Shown one piece after another: positions 1 through 10,026 of a stretch of DNA of 64,000 nt. How positions within the stretch are numbered: the first letter of the stretch is position 1; every line of letters starts with the position of its first letter. Source of the stretch: Chloroflexota bacterium (lineage in GTDB: Bacteria > Chloroflexota > UBA11872 > VXOZ01); NCBI GenBank assembly GCA_964291655.2, contig OZ219802.1, positions 800,001-864,000 on the forward strand, read 5' to 3'. Below the pieces are notes generated by a model. That model was not told the origin of the DNA. It searched no databases and saw nothing but the letters and a program-made list of their open reading frames with translations. The position numbers and the translations under genes are program-made.

Positions 1-973
1 GGAAATCGTGCTGTGGCGCATAATTCACCCGCGACTTCGCCGCACTGTTATCCGCCCAGTACTGCCAGCAGGCCGGCGCTTCCCAATCTAGTACCGGCAG
101 GCCCAATAGATCGCTTAACACCGGCGTCGCTTCACTGAATGGAATGGCGTACGGCCCGTGCATGTTCAGGGTCGCGCCGACCCCGCCGTCCTCTTCGAGC
201 GCCTGCACAATGCCGTGCACGACGTCGCGGGCGTCGGTGCGCTGCCAGAGCCAGGGGTTGCCGTCACGGTCGTGGTAGTTGACCAGCAGCTTGCTGGGAT
301 CGTCCGTGCGCTGCTTCACCGCCTCATCCAGCTTGGCCACATTTTCCGCCATCTCAGGATGCCACAGCGGGCCGCGCTGCGCTTGGCTCGCCTCGCGGTA
401 CTGGCTTGCAGCAATGCCCGACGTCCAGCCGTTGAAGATTTCTTCCCCAGCTAGGATTGCGCCCGGTCGAATAATCGTCGTCTTAAGCCCGTATTCCCGC
501 CGGTAGTGTTCCACCATCTCCTCATTCAGCACCTTGATCATGCCGTACTCTTTGACCGGCAGGCGTGGATGTTGCTCGTCTACCGGAGCATAGAGCAGCG
601 ACGGCATGGGATAGACCGTGTCGCTGCTGATGTGCACAAACCGGTGCAGCGCATCGCCCTGCTCAGCCACCGCCTGCAACAAGCGCATGGTGCCGGTGGT
701 GTTGATGTCATAGTACGTGAACTTCTCCATGGAGGGCGGCCGGGACATGACACACGCCGTGTGGACCACGGCATCCACTCCCACCGCCGCCTTGGCGATG
801 CCCTCGGTGTCATCCAGCCCCACGTTTGCGATCTCAACATCAAAGGCATCGAGCTTGTCCGCCTTCGGGTCGCCCGGAAAGACCATGCCTCGCACCTGAT
901 GACCCCGCGCGAGCAACTCTTTCGTTAGGTTCGTACCCACGCGTCCCGATGCACCTGAGAGCAGTATTCTCAC
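1..973 (-). CDS. NAD-dependent epimerase/dehydratase (extended SDR), 3' end runs off the window
   Basis: Manual translation from GTG at 973 (AAGGAG RBS upstream): RILLSGASGRVG Rossmann motif, FVHISSDTVY, YGMIK (YxxxK). The frame stays open to base 1, so it is absent from the ORF track. Confidence 0.85.
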   Translation of the reverse strand, partial: MRILLSGASGRVGTNLTKELLARGHQVRGMVFPGDPKADKLDAFDVEIANVGLDDTEGIAKAAVGVDAVVHTACVMSRPPSMEKFTYYDINTTGTMRLLQAVAEQGDALHRFVHISSDTVYPMPSLLYAPVDEQHPRLPVKEYGMIKVLNEEMVEHYRREYGLKTTIIRPGAILAGEEIFNGWTSGIAASQYREASQAQRGPLWHPEMAENVAKLDEAVKQRTDDPSKLLVNYHDRDGNPWLWQRTDARDVVHGIVQALEEDGGVGATLNMHGPYAIPFSEATPVLSDLLGLPVLDWEAPACWQYWADNSAAKSRVNYAPQHDF

Positions 974-1061
974 CGGCCTAGCTCCTTAGTTTCTTGCTTG
1001 TTTCTGGGTCGATAATACGCAAGCCGCGAACTGGACGCAAAGCGACGGCATACAGAGTTGA

Positions 1062-1097
1062 GCCGCCCCTTGCGCCTAATGGCGCGTTTGGGGCGGC
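1062..1097. terminator. GC-rich hairpin downstream of the solute-binding protein gene
   Basis: gccgcccc...gcgcc-taat-ggcgc...ggggcggc; no strong U-tract. Confidence 0.4.
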
Positions 1098-1143
1098 CCA
1101 TAACGGTCACAATCCAGTGCGGTTCGTATCCTACATGCGAACT

Positions 1144-2547
1144 TTACTGAAGCACCGAGTTCGCCAACGATTCGTTCAGCACTTCCTGAGCCAACTGATC
1201 GGCCTCTTTAAGCGCCTCTTGGATGGTCGTTTCCTTCTTGAAGATGGTCTGTGCCATGGTGTTGTGAATGCCGATCAGGCCGATGCCGCCCGGCGCTCCA
1301 ACGACGAAACCGGCAACCGCCATCGAGTCCACGGCCTCCTTGCGCAACGGATCGCCCTGGATGAAGTCCTCGCTGTTGGCTACGGACTTGCGCATGGGCA
1401 ACCGGCTCTTACCCAAAGCGTGGCGGAGGTCTTGCGGCGCCTCGAAGAGCCACTCGATGAACTTAAAGGCCTGCTCCGGATTCTTGGAGCCGTTGGGGAT
1501 GATGTTGTCGCCGCAGCCGCTATACGTCACGGTATTGCCACCCGGCGGCAAAGGCGCTGGAGCTGCGCTGTATTCGAGCTTGTCGAAGCCCGCTTTGTAG
1601 TTGGGCTGGTGCGGCGTGTCATAGATCGTATAGATCATGCTGGCGCCGCGGTCGGTGAAGACAATCCGGGGATCGACATCGCCTCGGAATTCATCTGCCG
1701 CCAGAAAACCATCCTGCAAATCATAGATGCGGAGCATATGCTCGAATGCGGCCACCGTTGTCTCATTGTCGAGCGTCGAGGTGCTGTCGTCCGCACTAAT
1801 AATGGCGCCGCCCAACTGCCAGACCGCCACCATCCAGCACGCGAAGATACTGCCGGGGCCCCAGTGCGGGACGTAGCCAAGCTGGGAGAGTTTCGCGCCG
1901 TCTTTCTTCACCAGCCTGCCGATGGCTGAGTAGAGGTCATCCCACGTGGCGGGCGGATTCTCCGGATCCAGACCGGCCTCGATCAGGTTTTCGTGGCCGA
2001 TGAAGAGCGTGCGGGCGTCGGGCGTAAAGGGCATCCCAAACTGGCGCCCCTGCCACACGGCATCATTCAAAATCTCTTCCCACATATCGCCGGTATCTAT
2101 GGTGGCAGAGGCCTTGACCATTTCGGTCATCTCCGATGCCAGGCCACCATGGGCAAGGGTCTTGATGGTGAAACGCGGCGCGAATGACATATCGGGCGCG
2201 GCGTCGGCCGCCACCGCAGCGGGCAGTTTCTCAAACGTCTCGCTCCACGGCGTAGGCATGGTGTTGATGAAGATTGCGTCCTGCATCGAGTTGAACTCGT
2301 CGCGCAGTTCCAGTCCCACACCTTCAGTGAACGACGCCCAGAAACCATTGAGCGACCAGAAGTCAACCTGCACGGTCTCCATCTTGGGCGCTTCCGCCTC
2401 GGCTTCCTTCTCTTCCATCTCAGGTGCTTCTTCCACAGGCGCGGCTACCTGCCCACATGCGGCCAAGAGTCCCACACTTCCAAGCATGCCGGCGCCAATG
2501 CCAAGCATCCGCCGACGGGTCACGTTCACGTCCGTTGCCTTAGACAT
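1144..2547 (-). CDS. Extracellular solute-binding lipoprotein (ABC family 1, sugar type), Tat-like signal
   Basis: TRRRMLG...LLAACG signal/lipobox, Glu/Ala/Pro linker, 'AAVAADAAPD', 'PPATWDDL', 'AFKFIEWL'. Confidence 0.88.
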   Translation of the reverse strand: MSKATDVNVTRRRMLGIGAGMLGSVGLLAACGQVAAPVEEAPEMEEKEAEAEAPKMETVQVDFWSLNGFWASFTEGVGLELRDEFNSMQDAIFINTMPTPWSETFEKLPAAVAADAAPDMSFAPRFTIKTLAHGGLASEMTEMVKASATIDTGDMWEEILNDAVWQGRQFGMPFTPDARTLFIGHENLIEAGLDPENPPATWDDLYSAIGRLVKKDGAKLSQLGYVPHWGPGSIFACWMVAVWQLGGAIISADDSTSTLDNETTVAAFEHMLRIYDLQDGFLAADEFRGDVDPRIVFTDRGASMIYTIYDTPHQPNYKAGFDKLEYSAAPAPLPPGGNTVTYSGCGDNIIPNGSKNPEQAFKFIEWLFEAPQDLRHALGKSRLPMRKSVANSEDFIQGDPLRKEAVDSMAVAGFVVGAPGGIGLIGIHNTMAQTIFKKETTIQEALKEADQLAQEVLNESLANSVLQ

Positions 2548-2792
2548 TCTTTGTCTCCTTTAGCAGTTCTGGCTAAACACGCCTAAGCAGCGAGTTTGCT
2601 GTGAAGCGGCTGCACCAACGTCTTTGCTTTATTGAAGAAAGCTCCGCAAAGAATTGCCTGCCGCAATGAGCGTCTTCTTAGTCCCTCCTTCCTCGATAGT
2701 CCTTTACTTGCCCTGCATCATATCAATTGACTAGCAGCACGACAAGTGAGCAACGCGTCGGGATTACCCAACGAGTGAGTGCCGAAATTCGG

Positions 2793-3830
2793 CTAGGCAG
2801 CCGTGCCTTCGACGATACTCACCACGGCATGCGTGGGGACGACCCGGCTAAGGGAAAGGCCCGCCTGGGCAAAGAGTTCCACGTATTCTTCTTCCGTGCG
2901 TTCACGCCCGCCGGAGGTCAGCGCGAGCATCACCACGTCCCAGAGCTTGCTGTTCGACGGCTCATTGCCCGGCGGCATCACGCCTTCTATGACGAGCACC
3001 CGGCCACCCGCCGTCATGGCGTCGCGACAGTTCCGCAGGATCGCCGCAGACCGCTCATCGTCCCAGTCATGGATGATGTGCTTGAGGAGGTAGACATCGC
3101 CGCCCGAAGGAACACCGGCGAAGAAGTCGCCGCCATCAACTCGGCACCGCACGCCGATTGCCGAGGCTTCAAGCTCCGCTCTGGTAGCATCAACCACATT
3201 CGGCCGGTCATAGAGAATGCCGTCGAGCGCGGGATAGGCTGCGAGGACTTCGGTCAGCAGGCGACCGTGACCGCCCCCCACGTCCACCACCTTCTTGCAG
3301 TCCGAAAAGTCATAGGCAGCACAGACACCGGCGGCCTCGAAGCGCGAAAGCGCCGTCATTGAATTATTGAAGTCAGTTGCCGCGTCGGGGTTCTGTTCCA
3401 TGAAGTCAAAGAGCGAAAGCCCACAGGCAAGGTCAAATGCCGGCTCGTTCTTTTCGACACTGTAGAGCAGATGCGCCCACGCCCGGTTGTACCACTCGCT
3501 GCCGTGCACGATCGCGTAGTCGCGAAAGGAACAGGGCGCATCCGCTTGCAGCAGTTCCGCCATGGGGGTGAGCGCAAACTGCCGCGGCTCCAACTCCACA
3601 AACACATCCAAACTTGCCAAGAGACGCAAGACGCGATAGAGCGCCTCCGCGCTCGTCTCCGTCTCTGCGGCGAGTTCGTCCACAGTTTGCGGGCCGTCTG
3701 CCAACAGGTCGGCAATACCCAGTTTCGCGGCGACGAAGAGGCACTGCGTGGTGGCTTTGCCCCAAACCAACTGTTGCAGGCGGGGCACAAGCGCTGGGTC
3801 TGGAAATGATTCAGGCCATTCAGGCGTCAC
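2793..3830 (-). CDS. SAM-dependent O-methyltransferase (Methyltransf_2 with dimerisation domain)
   Basis: VVDVGGGHG, GGDFF, LKHIIHDWDD, GGRERT motifs. Confidence 0.92.
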   Translation of the reverse strand: MTPEWPESFPDPALVPRLQQLVWGKATTQCLFVAAKLGIADLLADGPQTVDELAAETETSAEALYRVLRLLASLDVFVELEPRQFALTPMAELLQADAPCSFRDYAIVHGSEWYNRAWAHLLYSVEKNEPAFDLACGLSLFDFMEQNPDAATDFNNSMTALSRFEAAGVCAAYDFSDCKKVVDVGGGHGRLLTEVLAAYPALDGILYDRPNVVDATRAELEASAIGVRCRVDGGDFFAGVPSGGDVYLLKHIIHDWDDERSAAILRNCRDAMTAGGRVLVIEGVMPPGNEPSNSKLWDVVMLALTSGGRERTEEEYVELFAQAGLSLSRVVPTHAVVSIVEGTAA

Positions 3831-3931
3831 GAATAGGCTCCAATCCTACAAATTGACTGGCGCGGAGACAGATTCTTCTAGCGTTTACTATGACAGTTGA
3901 AATCTGTCAGCGCTTGTCCCTCACATCCTCA

Positions 3932-3958
3932 AGAGCGGGGGACGAGCCCCCGCTCTAC
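3932..3958. repeat. GTAG-type REP-like palindrome (family GTAGCGCGGGGGCTTGTCCCCCGCT)
   Basis: Further copies at 24586-24698 (three), 57357-57381 and 61461-61491. Confidence 0.7.
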
Positions 3959-4011
3959 GCTAATCTCATTGATGGAGATGCGGTTCACATCGCGTGGGCT
4001 TAGGATTCCGC

Positions 4012-5766
4012 TTAGCGTCCCATGGCGTAGGGGACCATCGTCCGCGGAGATGCTCCACCTTCAATCAGACCGGAATCCGGATCGAAACGAACACCCGTAA
4101 CCTGACCGTGCCCCCAGTCTCCTCCTACGACGATCTCATGGCCACGGGCCTCGAGCGCGGCGCGTGTTTCTGCTGAAATGCGACCCTCCACCACCACTCT
4201 CTTGGGATAGGCGGCGCGGGGGTAGAATGAACTGGGGAAGTGCATGGTATGAAAAGACGGGGCCTCAATCGCTTCCTGAAGATTCATGCCAAAATCCACC
4301 ACGTTGAGGAAGAACTGTAGCGTCCATTGGTCCTGCATGTCGCCGCCGGGCGTGCCGAAGACCATATGCGGCCTGCCGTCTTTCATTGCCAGCGAAGGTG
4401 TCAAGGTCGTGCGGGGACGCTTCCCCGGCATGAGGGCATTGGGATGGTCCGGATCGAGAGAGAACATCTGCCCACGTGTGCCCAACGGGAAGCCGAGACC
4501 CTCAACAACCGGCGAGGACGGCAACCAACCTCCGCTCGGCGTGGCGGAAAACATGTTGCCTTCCGCATCGATGACGTCCAAATGGGTCGTATCAAAGGCG
4601 TAGAACGCCGGGTCGCCGGGCAGCGTTTCCAAGGTCTGCGGCGGCAGGCCGCCGGGCCGTAGTTCGGCGGAAGCCGCCGCCAGATCAATCAACGTGCTGC
4701 GCTCCGCGGCGTACTCTTTGCTCAAGAGCCGGTCAAACGGCACGTGCACAAATGCCGGATCGCCGTAGTACGTCTCGCGGTCTGCGAAGGCCAGCTTCGC
4801 CGCCTCGACCACGGTGTGGATATACTCAGGTGAATTGTGACCCAAGCCCGCCAGGTCGAATTGCTCCAGCAGTGTGAGTTGTTGTAAGAAGACGGGTCCT
4901 TGGCACCAGGGACCGCATTTATAGACGTCTATGCCTCGATAGTTGACCGTGACAGGAGGCTCAACCTTGGTGCGAAAAGCAGCGAAATCCTCTGCGGTAA
5001 TCAGACCCCGGTGCGTTTCGCCACTGGCGTCAAGAATCTCCGTGTTCGCTACAAAGTCAGCAGCCTTTGCGGCCACGTCGCCGCGATAGAAATAGTCGAG
5101 GGCAGCGCGCAACCCCGCTTCCCGCCCGCGATGCTGCTCTCGCATCTCCACGTCTATGGCTGCTTGAAAGGTGGCCGCCCAGGTCGGCTGCCGCCACAGC
5201 GAGCCAACTTCCGGTACCGCGCCGTTATCCAGAAATGCCTCGGCCGACGTCGGCCAGCGGGTGCGAAATTTCTCCGCGTGGGTTGCAAGTGAGCGGCTCA
5301 ATTCCGCATACATGGGAAAGCCGTCGCGGGCCATGTCCACCACCGGGCCCAGCGTCTCCTTGAGGCTCAGTCTCCCATACCGCAGCAGCGACGTGACCCA
5401 CGCGCCAAACGCGCCCGGCACCGTGGCCGGCAAGAGACCGTCACCTGGAATGAGGTCGATGTTTTGCGCGCGAAACCACTCGATGGTTGCTCGCTTTGGC
5501 GCCATGCCCTGGCCGTTAATGGCAACAGTCTGCGGGCCGTCAGCGGCGGCGCGGTGAATGAGAATTGGGCTCTCGCCGCCGATGCCGTTCGAATGGGGCT
5601 TCAGAAGATTGAGCGCAAAGCCGGCTGCCACACCGGCATCTATGGCATTCCCGCCGTTCTCCAGTACCCGCATTCCAATTGCCGTCGCCAGGTAATGCCC
5701 CGTCGTCACCACGCCGAACGTACCCGTGATGACGGGGCGTGTCGTAAACTCCGCCATTTCGCTCAT
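4012..5766 (-). CDS. ggt: Gamma-glutamyltransferase family protein
   Basis: GGNAIDAGVA, TVPG, KLAFADR, DTTHLDVID (nucleophilic Thr), PGKRPRTTLTP, GTPGGD. Confidence 0.92.
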   Translation of the reverse strand: MSEMAEFTTRPVITGTFGVVTTGHYLATAIGMRVLENGGNAIDAGVAAGFALNLLKPHSNGIGGESPILIHRAAADGPQTVAINGQGMAPKRATIEWFRAQNIDLIPGDGLLPATVPGAFGAWVTSLLRYGRLSLKETLGPVVDMARDGFPMYAELSRSLATHAEKFRTRWPTSAEAFLDNGAVPEVGSLWRQPTWAATFQAAIDVEMREQHRGREAGLRAALDYFYRGDVAAKAADFVANTEILDASGETHRGLITAEDFAAFRTKVEPPVTVNYRGIDVYKCGPWCQGPVFLQQLTLLEQFDLAGLGHNSPEYIHTVVEAAKLAFADRETYYGDPAFVHVPFDRLLSKEYAAERSTLIDLAAASAELRPGGLPPQTLETLPGDPAFYAFDTTHLDVIDAEGNMFSATPSGGWLPSSPVVEGLGFPLGTRGQMFSLDPDHPNALMPGKRPRTTLTPSLAMKDGRPHMVFGTPGGDMQDQWTLQFFLNVVDFGMNLQEAIEAPSFHTMHFPSSFYPRAAYPKRVVVEGRISAETRAALEARGHEIVVGGDWGHGQVTGVRFDPDSGLIEGGASPRTMVPYAMGR

Positions 5767-5982
5767 TCACTCCTTATACCGCCAAAGCGCTTCGTCGTAC
5801 GAGGAAAAGTCCCCCGGCGAACGCTCAGCGGGCTATCCAATTCAGGCATTGTCCATGAGTTATTGCAATGAACGTAGCATGCCACCCTCGAATCCGCAAA
5901 CACTGCCGCTTGTAGCAAGCCGGCTCTCCTCAGTGGTACGATTGGGCGAGCAACCTGCCAAGTAGTAGAGCAATCCGTACCC

Positions 5983-7341
5983 ATGAAGCCGACCAACGCC
6001 CCGCCATTGCCCCAGATGCCCATCGACCTAGAAGACAACCTGCGCCTGCGCCTTGCCATACCCGATGACTTCGACGCCTGGGTTGACTTCAACGAGCGCA
6101 TGCGCGAATACGATCCGTCCTCGAACCGCGTCGGTGTCTGGGCACATGAACTTATGTCAGGTCGGCATCCCACCACGAGAGCCAGCGACTTCACGGTGGT
6201 GGAAGACATGGGCACCGGCAAGATCGTCTCGTCCCTCTGCCTGATCCCACAGACCTGGTCGTATGGCGGCATCCCGTTCGGCTGCGGCCGCATCGAGCAG
6301 GTGGGCACCGACCCGCTCTACCGGCGGCGCGGCCTCATTCGCAAGCAAATGGACGTGATCCACGCGCTCAGTGCATCCAAAGGCGAGTTAATGCAGGCCA
6401 TCACGGGCATCCCGTGGTACTACCGCCAATTTGGGTACGAGTTTTCCCTCGATCTCTATCACGGCCGCGTGGTACGTGTGTCGCCCCCTTCTACAGAAAC
6501 CACTACCCAGTACCACGTGAGACCGTTGACCGAATCCGACCACTCCTTCGTTCGGACTGTGTACGCGCATGCCGAACAGCGGCAACCGTATAGCGTGGTG
6601 CGCTCAGACGAGCATTGGGAGTTTGAGTTTTCCGGCCGCAGCGTTGCAAGCGAGGTCTACAAGGAGTGGCTTGTTATCGTGGACAAGGAGCAACAGCCGG
6701 TTGGCTTCATCCACTACCACCCGCTCCCTAAGTCCCTAGAACCGAAACCGTGGCGTTTAGTTTTGCGCCAATGTGCGCTCGCGCCGGGCGTTAGTTACCT
6801 GAACGTCATGCCGGACCTGCTAACCGCAATCCCTGCCTATGTACAATCGCTGAACAATAACGGCGGAAGTGAAGCAGAACCGCAACCCGGCGAGATAGTG
6901 TTCATGCTGGGTCGCGAGAATCCCGCCTACGGTATGTTGCCACACCTGGCAACATCCTCGCTCCAGGGATACGCCTGGTACATCCGCGTACCGGATCTGG
7001 CTGCATTCCTGCGCCAGGTGCGGCCGGCGCTCGAGAGTAACTTACCGGGCACACCCGCGGAGGGCTACACTGGCGCGCTTACGCTAAGCTTCTTCCGCAG
7101 CGGCTTGCGGCTAAGTTTCGATCAGGGCAGGATCACAGAAGTCGCCACTCTTGGCCATAAGGATGCCGAAACCTGTGACGCAAGCTTCCCTGATCTGACA
7201 TTCCTGCAATTGCTCGGCGGTCGCTGCACCTATGCCCACCTTAGTGAAAGCTATCCCGATTGCAGCGCCACACCCACAGCCCAAGCCCTGCTGGCGGCGC
7301 TCTTTCCGCCCTTTACCGGAAACCTCTGGCATTCGGATTAG
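5983..7341 (+). CDS. Eis-like GNAT family acetyltransferase
   Basis: VGTDPLYRRRGL acetyl-CoA motif, YYRQFGYE, C-terminal SCP2-like region. Confidence 0.8.
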   Translation: MKPTNAPPLPQMPIDLEDNLRLRLAIPDDFDAWVDFNERMREYDPSSNRVGVWAHELMSGRHPTTRASDFTVVEDMGTGKIVSSLCLIPQTWSYGGIPFGCGRIEQVGTDPLYRRRGLIRKQMDVIHALSASKGELMQAITGIPWYYRQFGYEFSLDLYHGRVVRVSPPSTETTTQYHVRPLTESDHSFVRTVYAHAEQRQPYSVVRSDEHWEFEFSGRSVASEVYKEWLVIVDKEQQPVGFIHYHPLPKSLEPKPWRLVLRQCALAPGVSYLNVMPDLLTAIPAYVQSLNNNGGSEAEPQPGEIVFMLGRENPAYGMLPHLATSSLQGYAWYIRVPDLAAFLRQVRPALESNLPGTPAEGYTGALTLSFFRSGLRLSFDQGRITEVATLGHKDAETCDASFPDLTFLQLLGGRCTYAHLSESYPDCSATPTAQALLAALFPPFTGNLWHSD

Positions 7342-7443
7342 CAATTCTTTGTTGGGGGGATTAGAACAGCTGAGCTGTGTTCGGCTGCGCTCAGCAATCC
7401 CCTAGAAGCAGCCGCCAGTTGGACAAACGCTGTCAAAGGGGAC

Positions 7444-8205
7444 TTACTGCGCCGTGTAGCCGCCGTCCACCGGCAACGCGGCTCCGGTCACGAACGATGC
7501 TGCATCGGAACAGAGCCACACCACCACTTCAGCAACTTCCTCCGGGCTGGCAAACCGGCCGTTCGGCTGCGAAGCCAACAGTCTATCGCCGACCTGAGGA
7601 TTGCGCGTTACCAACGTCTCCAACATGGGGCTGAAGACCGCGGCCGGGCAGACGCAGTTTACGCGGATGTCGTGGGGAGCGTATTGGAGCGCTGCCGTCT
7701 TCGTCAGTCCCACCACGCCGTGTTTGCTAGCGGCGTAAGCCGGACTGTGCTGGCTACCCACCAGGCCCGCCACTGAAGACACATTAACTATTGCCCCACC
7801 GCCCGACTGCATCATGGCGGGTATCTCGTACTTCATGCAGAGCCACACACCCTTGAGATTGACCCCCATCACGTCGTCCCAGTCGTCTTCCGTAAAGTCG
7901 ATCATTGCGGCTCCGCTGCCGAGCACGCCGGCATTGTTGAAGCCAAAGTCCAAGCGTCCGTAGGTCTGCGTGGCGACCGACACAACATTCTCCACGTCGG
8001 TGGACGTACTCACGTCTGCCTTGAGGAATGCGGCCTCCCCACCACTCTTCGTAACCAGTTGTGCCGCTTCCTCCCCGCCCTGCACGTCAACATCCGCAAG
8101 CACCACACGGGCGCCTTCACGCGCAAACGCCAAGGCGGCGGCGCGGCCAATCCCGGATGCCGCGCCTGTGACCAACGCGACCTTGTTTGTAAATGGTCGT
8201 TCCAC
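7444..8205 (-). CDS. Classical short-chain dehydrogenase/reductase
   Basis: TGAASGIG, NNAG, YAASK, VDGG. Start placed at GTG 8205 behind AAGGA. Confidence 0.93.
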   Translation of the reverse strand: MERPFTNKVALVTGAASGIGRAAALAFAREGARVVLADVDVQGGEEAAQLVTKSGGEAAFLKADVSTSTDVENVVSVATQTYGRLDFGFNNAGVLGSGAAMIDFTEDDWDDVMGVNLKGVWLCMKYEIPAMMQSGGGAIVNVSSVAGLVGSQHSPAYAASKHGVVGLTKTAALQYAPHDIRVNCVCPAAVFSPMLETLVTRNPQVGDRLLASQPNGRFASPEEVAEVVVWLCSDAASFVTGAALPVDGGYTAQ

Positions 8206-8682
8206 GCTAATGTTCCTTGCGCCGTCTGCTAATAGTCTTGCCTGCAATGCAATGCGATGAGAGCGCAGCCCTGACTGCCGTTCCTATGACAATAGAATGC
8301 CGAGTTCCGTCATTCCCGCGCAATGCCTGCCCTGTACCCCAACACGGGGCAGGAATCCATCTTCGCAATTTCAAGCACTCATCATCTACTTGGGAGTACC
8401 AACGCATCCACACGTGCTCCATGATCGCGTTCGAATGAACTTGTCGCGGGAGACAATTATGGAATTAGTAGATCCGGACTTGTCAGTGCAGATGCAAGAC
8501 GCCACGCATACCTTACCCAGATCGGCTCCTCGATCTGTCACTCTGAGGAGCGCAGCGACGAAGAATTTAGAGTGCAGAGATTCTAGATTCCGCGAACCCT
8601 GTTCGACGTTGCACTCGGAATTGCATGTGTTGAGTAATTCGTTGACAAAGACTTCCACTCACTGGACTGTGTCGAACGCACA

Positions 8683-8956
8683 TGTCATTCCTGTAAGTGT
8701 TGAGTAAATCGTTGACAGAATCCGCTTTCCATTCTGAGGAGTTGACGGTGCATGTCATTCCGAGCGGAGCGTCGAACGATGTTCGCGGAATCTAGGGTCC
8801 CTGCTCAACGCACTCTAACAGCTTCAGCACACTAGATTCCTCTCTTCGCTGCGCTTCGTTCGGAATGACATGTGTGCTAGTCATGTCTAAAACCGCGAAA
8901 GGTTGCTTTTGTACTCAAATCTGTCAACGAATTACCTGACACTTACAGGAATGACA
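8683..8956. mobile_element. MITE-like nested inverted-repeat element
   Basis: 37-nt outer IRs (8683-8719 / 8920-8956, 33/37 match) enclosing inner IRs 8751-8771/8852-8872 and 8787-8795/8832-8840. Confidence 0.55.
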
Positions 8957-9093
8957 AGAAGCTAAGCCTTGCGAAAGTATCAAGTTTATATCTACTAATC
9001 CCGGATTACTTTACCCAGGACTGATTCCTCAACGTCACACACAAGGGATAAGCAGTCTAGCTTGCCGTCACTATGCCGCGACGGCTCTGGATT

Positions 9094-10026
9094 CTAATCT
9101 GTATTGCCGAACATCTCCCCAATTATAGGACGCACAAGCCCCCAGTTGGGCAGCAATACCTGCGCGCCGCCATCCGTTACATAATCGTAAACCAAGGGCG
9201 GCTCGATGACGCGGGCATTGATCGGTACGTCGTTTAGCAAATAGAGATCACGCATGAGAATGAGCTGCTCGGCAACCGTAAGATCGGTCTCAACTAATTC
9301 ATTGAACCGCTGGAGGAGCAGTGGGAATATGACGATCATTTCGTCCGTAAAGAGTCCGGCGCGCGCAGAAGTGATGATGTTCTGCTGACGGCCCATCCGT
9401 TTGAAGTCGTTGTCCGGATGCCGGGTGCGCGCATAGATTAGGGCGGTAGCGCCGTCCATGTGCTGTAAGCCCGCGGGAATGACAATGCGCGTGTATCCGT
9501 AATCAAACGTTGGATACAAGTTGTCGATCAGGGTCTTGGCAACCAAGACCTCAACACCGCCAAAACTATTGATAAGCGCCGTAAAGCCGGTAAAGTCAAT
9601 TGCTGCCACTGCATGCACGGGCACGTCGAAGACCGATTCAACCGTCTGGCGCGCCAACTCGGGGCCGTTTGACTCGTAGTACTCGCCGAGAAAGTACGAA
9701 GCGTTGATACGGTTCCATCCATAGCCGGGGATGGTAACCCATAAATCGCGGGGTATTGAGAGAAGGGAAAGCGTGCGGGAATTGCGCTCGATGCTGAGCA
9801 GCATGATGACGTCGCTGCGCGAATACTCATTCTGCTGCCTACGATCAAGACCAACCAGCAAGATCGTGAAGCGGTCTCCCGACCGCAAGTCAGGTCGGAC
9901 AGTCTCAGCCCGGGCAGTCTCCCCGGTGAAGGGACCAAGTGCGCTCAAAGTTACCAGCAACGCACAGAGCAAGACACGCCGCAGCGATGGAAGACGGCAA
10001 TGCCGACTGTTCCCGATGCCGATCAC
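9094..10026 (-). CDS. LCP (LytR-CpsA-Psr) family cell-wall glycopolymer transferase
   Basis: ILLVGLD, RSDVIML, SIPRDLWV, RINA, ALIYARTRH, DFKRMGRQQ; N-terminal hydrophobic anchor; start overlaps dnaE stop (GTGA). Confidence 0.92.
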   Translation of the reverse strand: MIGIGNSRHCRLPSLRRVLLCALLVTLSALGPFTGETARAETVRPDLRSGDRFTILLVGLDRRQQNEYSRSDVIMLLSIERNSRTLSLLSIPRDLWVTIPGYGWNRINASYFLGEYYESNGPELARQTVESVFDVPVHAVAAIDFTGFTALINSFGGVEVLVAKTLIDNLYPTFDYGYTRIVIPAGLQHMDGATALIYARTRHPDNDFKRMGRQQNIITSARAGLFTDEMIVIFPLLLQRFNELVETDLTVAEQLILMRDLYLLNDVPINARVIEPPLVYDYVTDGGAQVLLPNWGLVRPIIGEMFGNTD

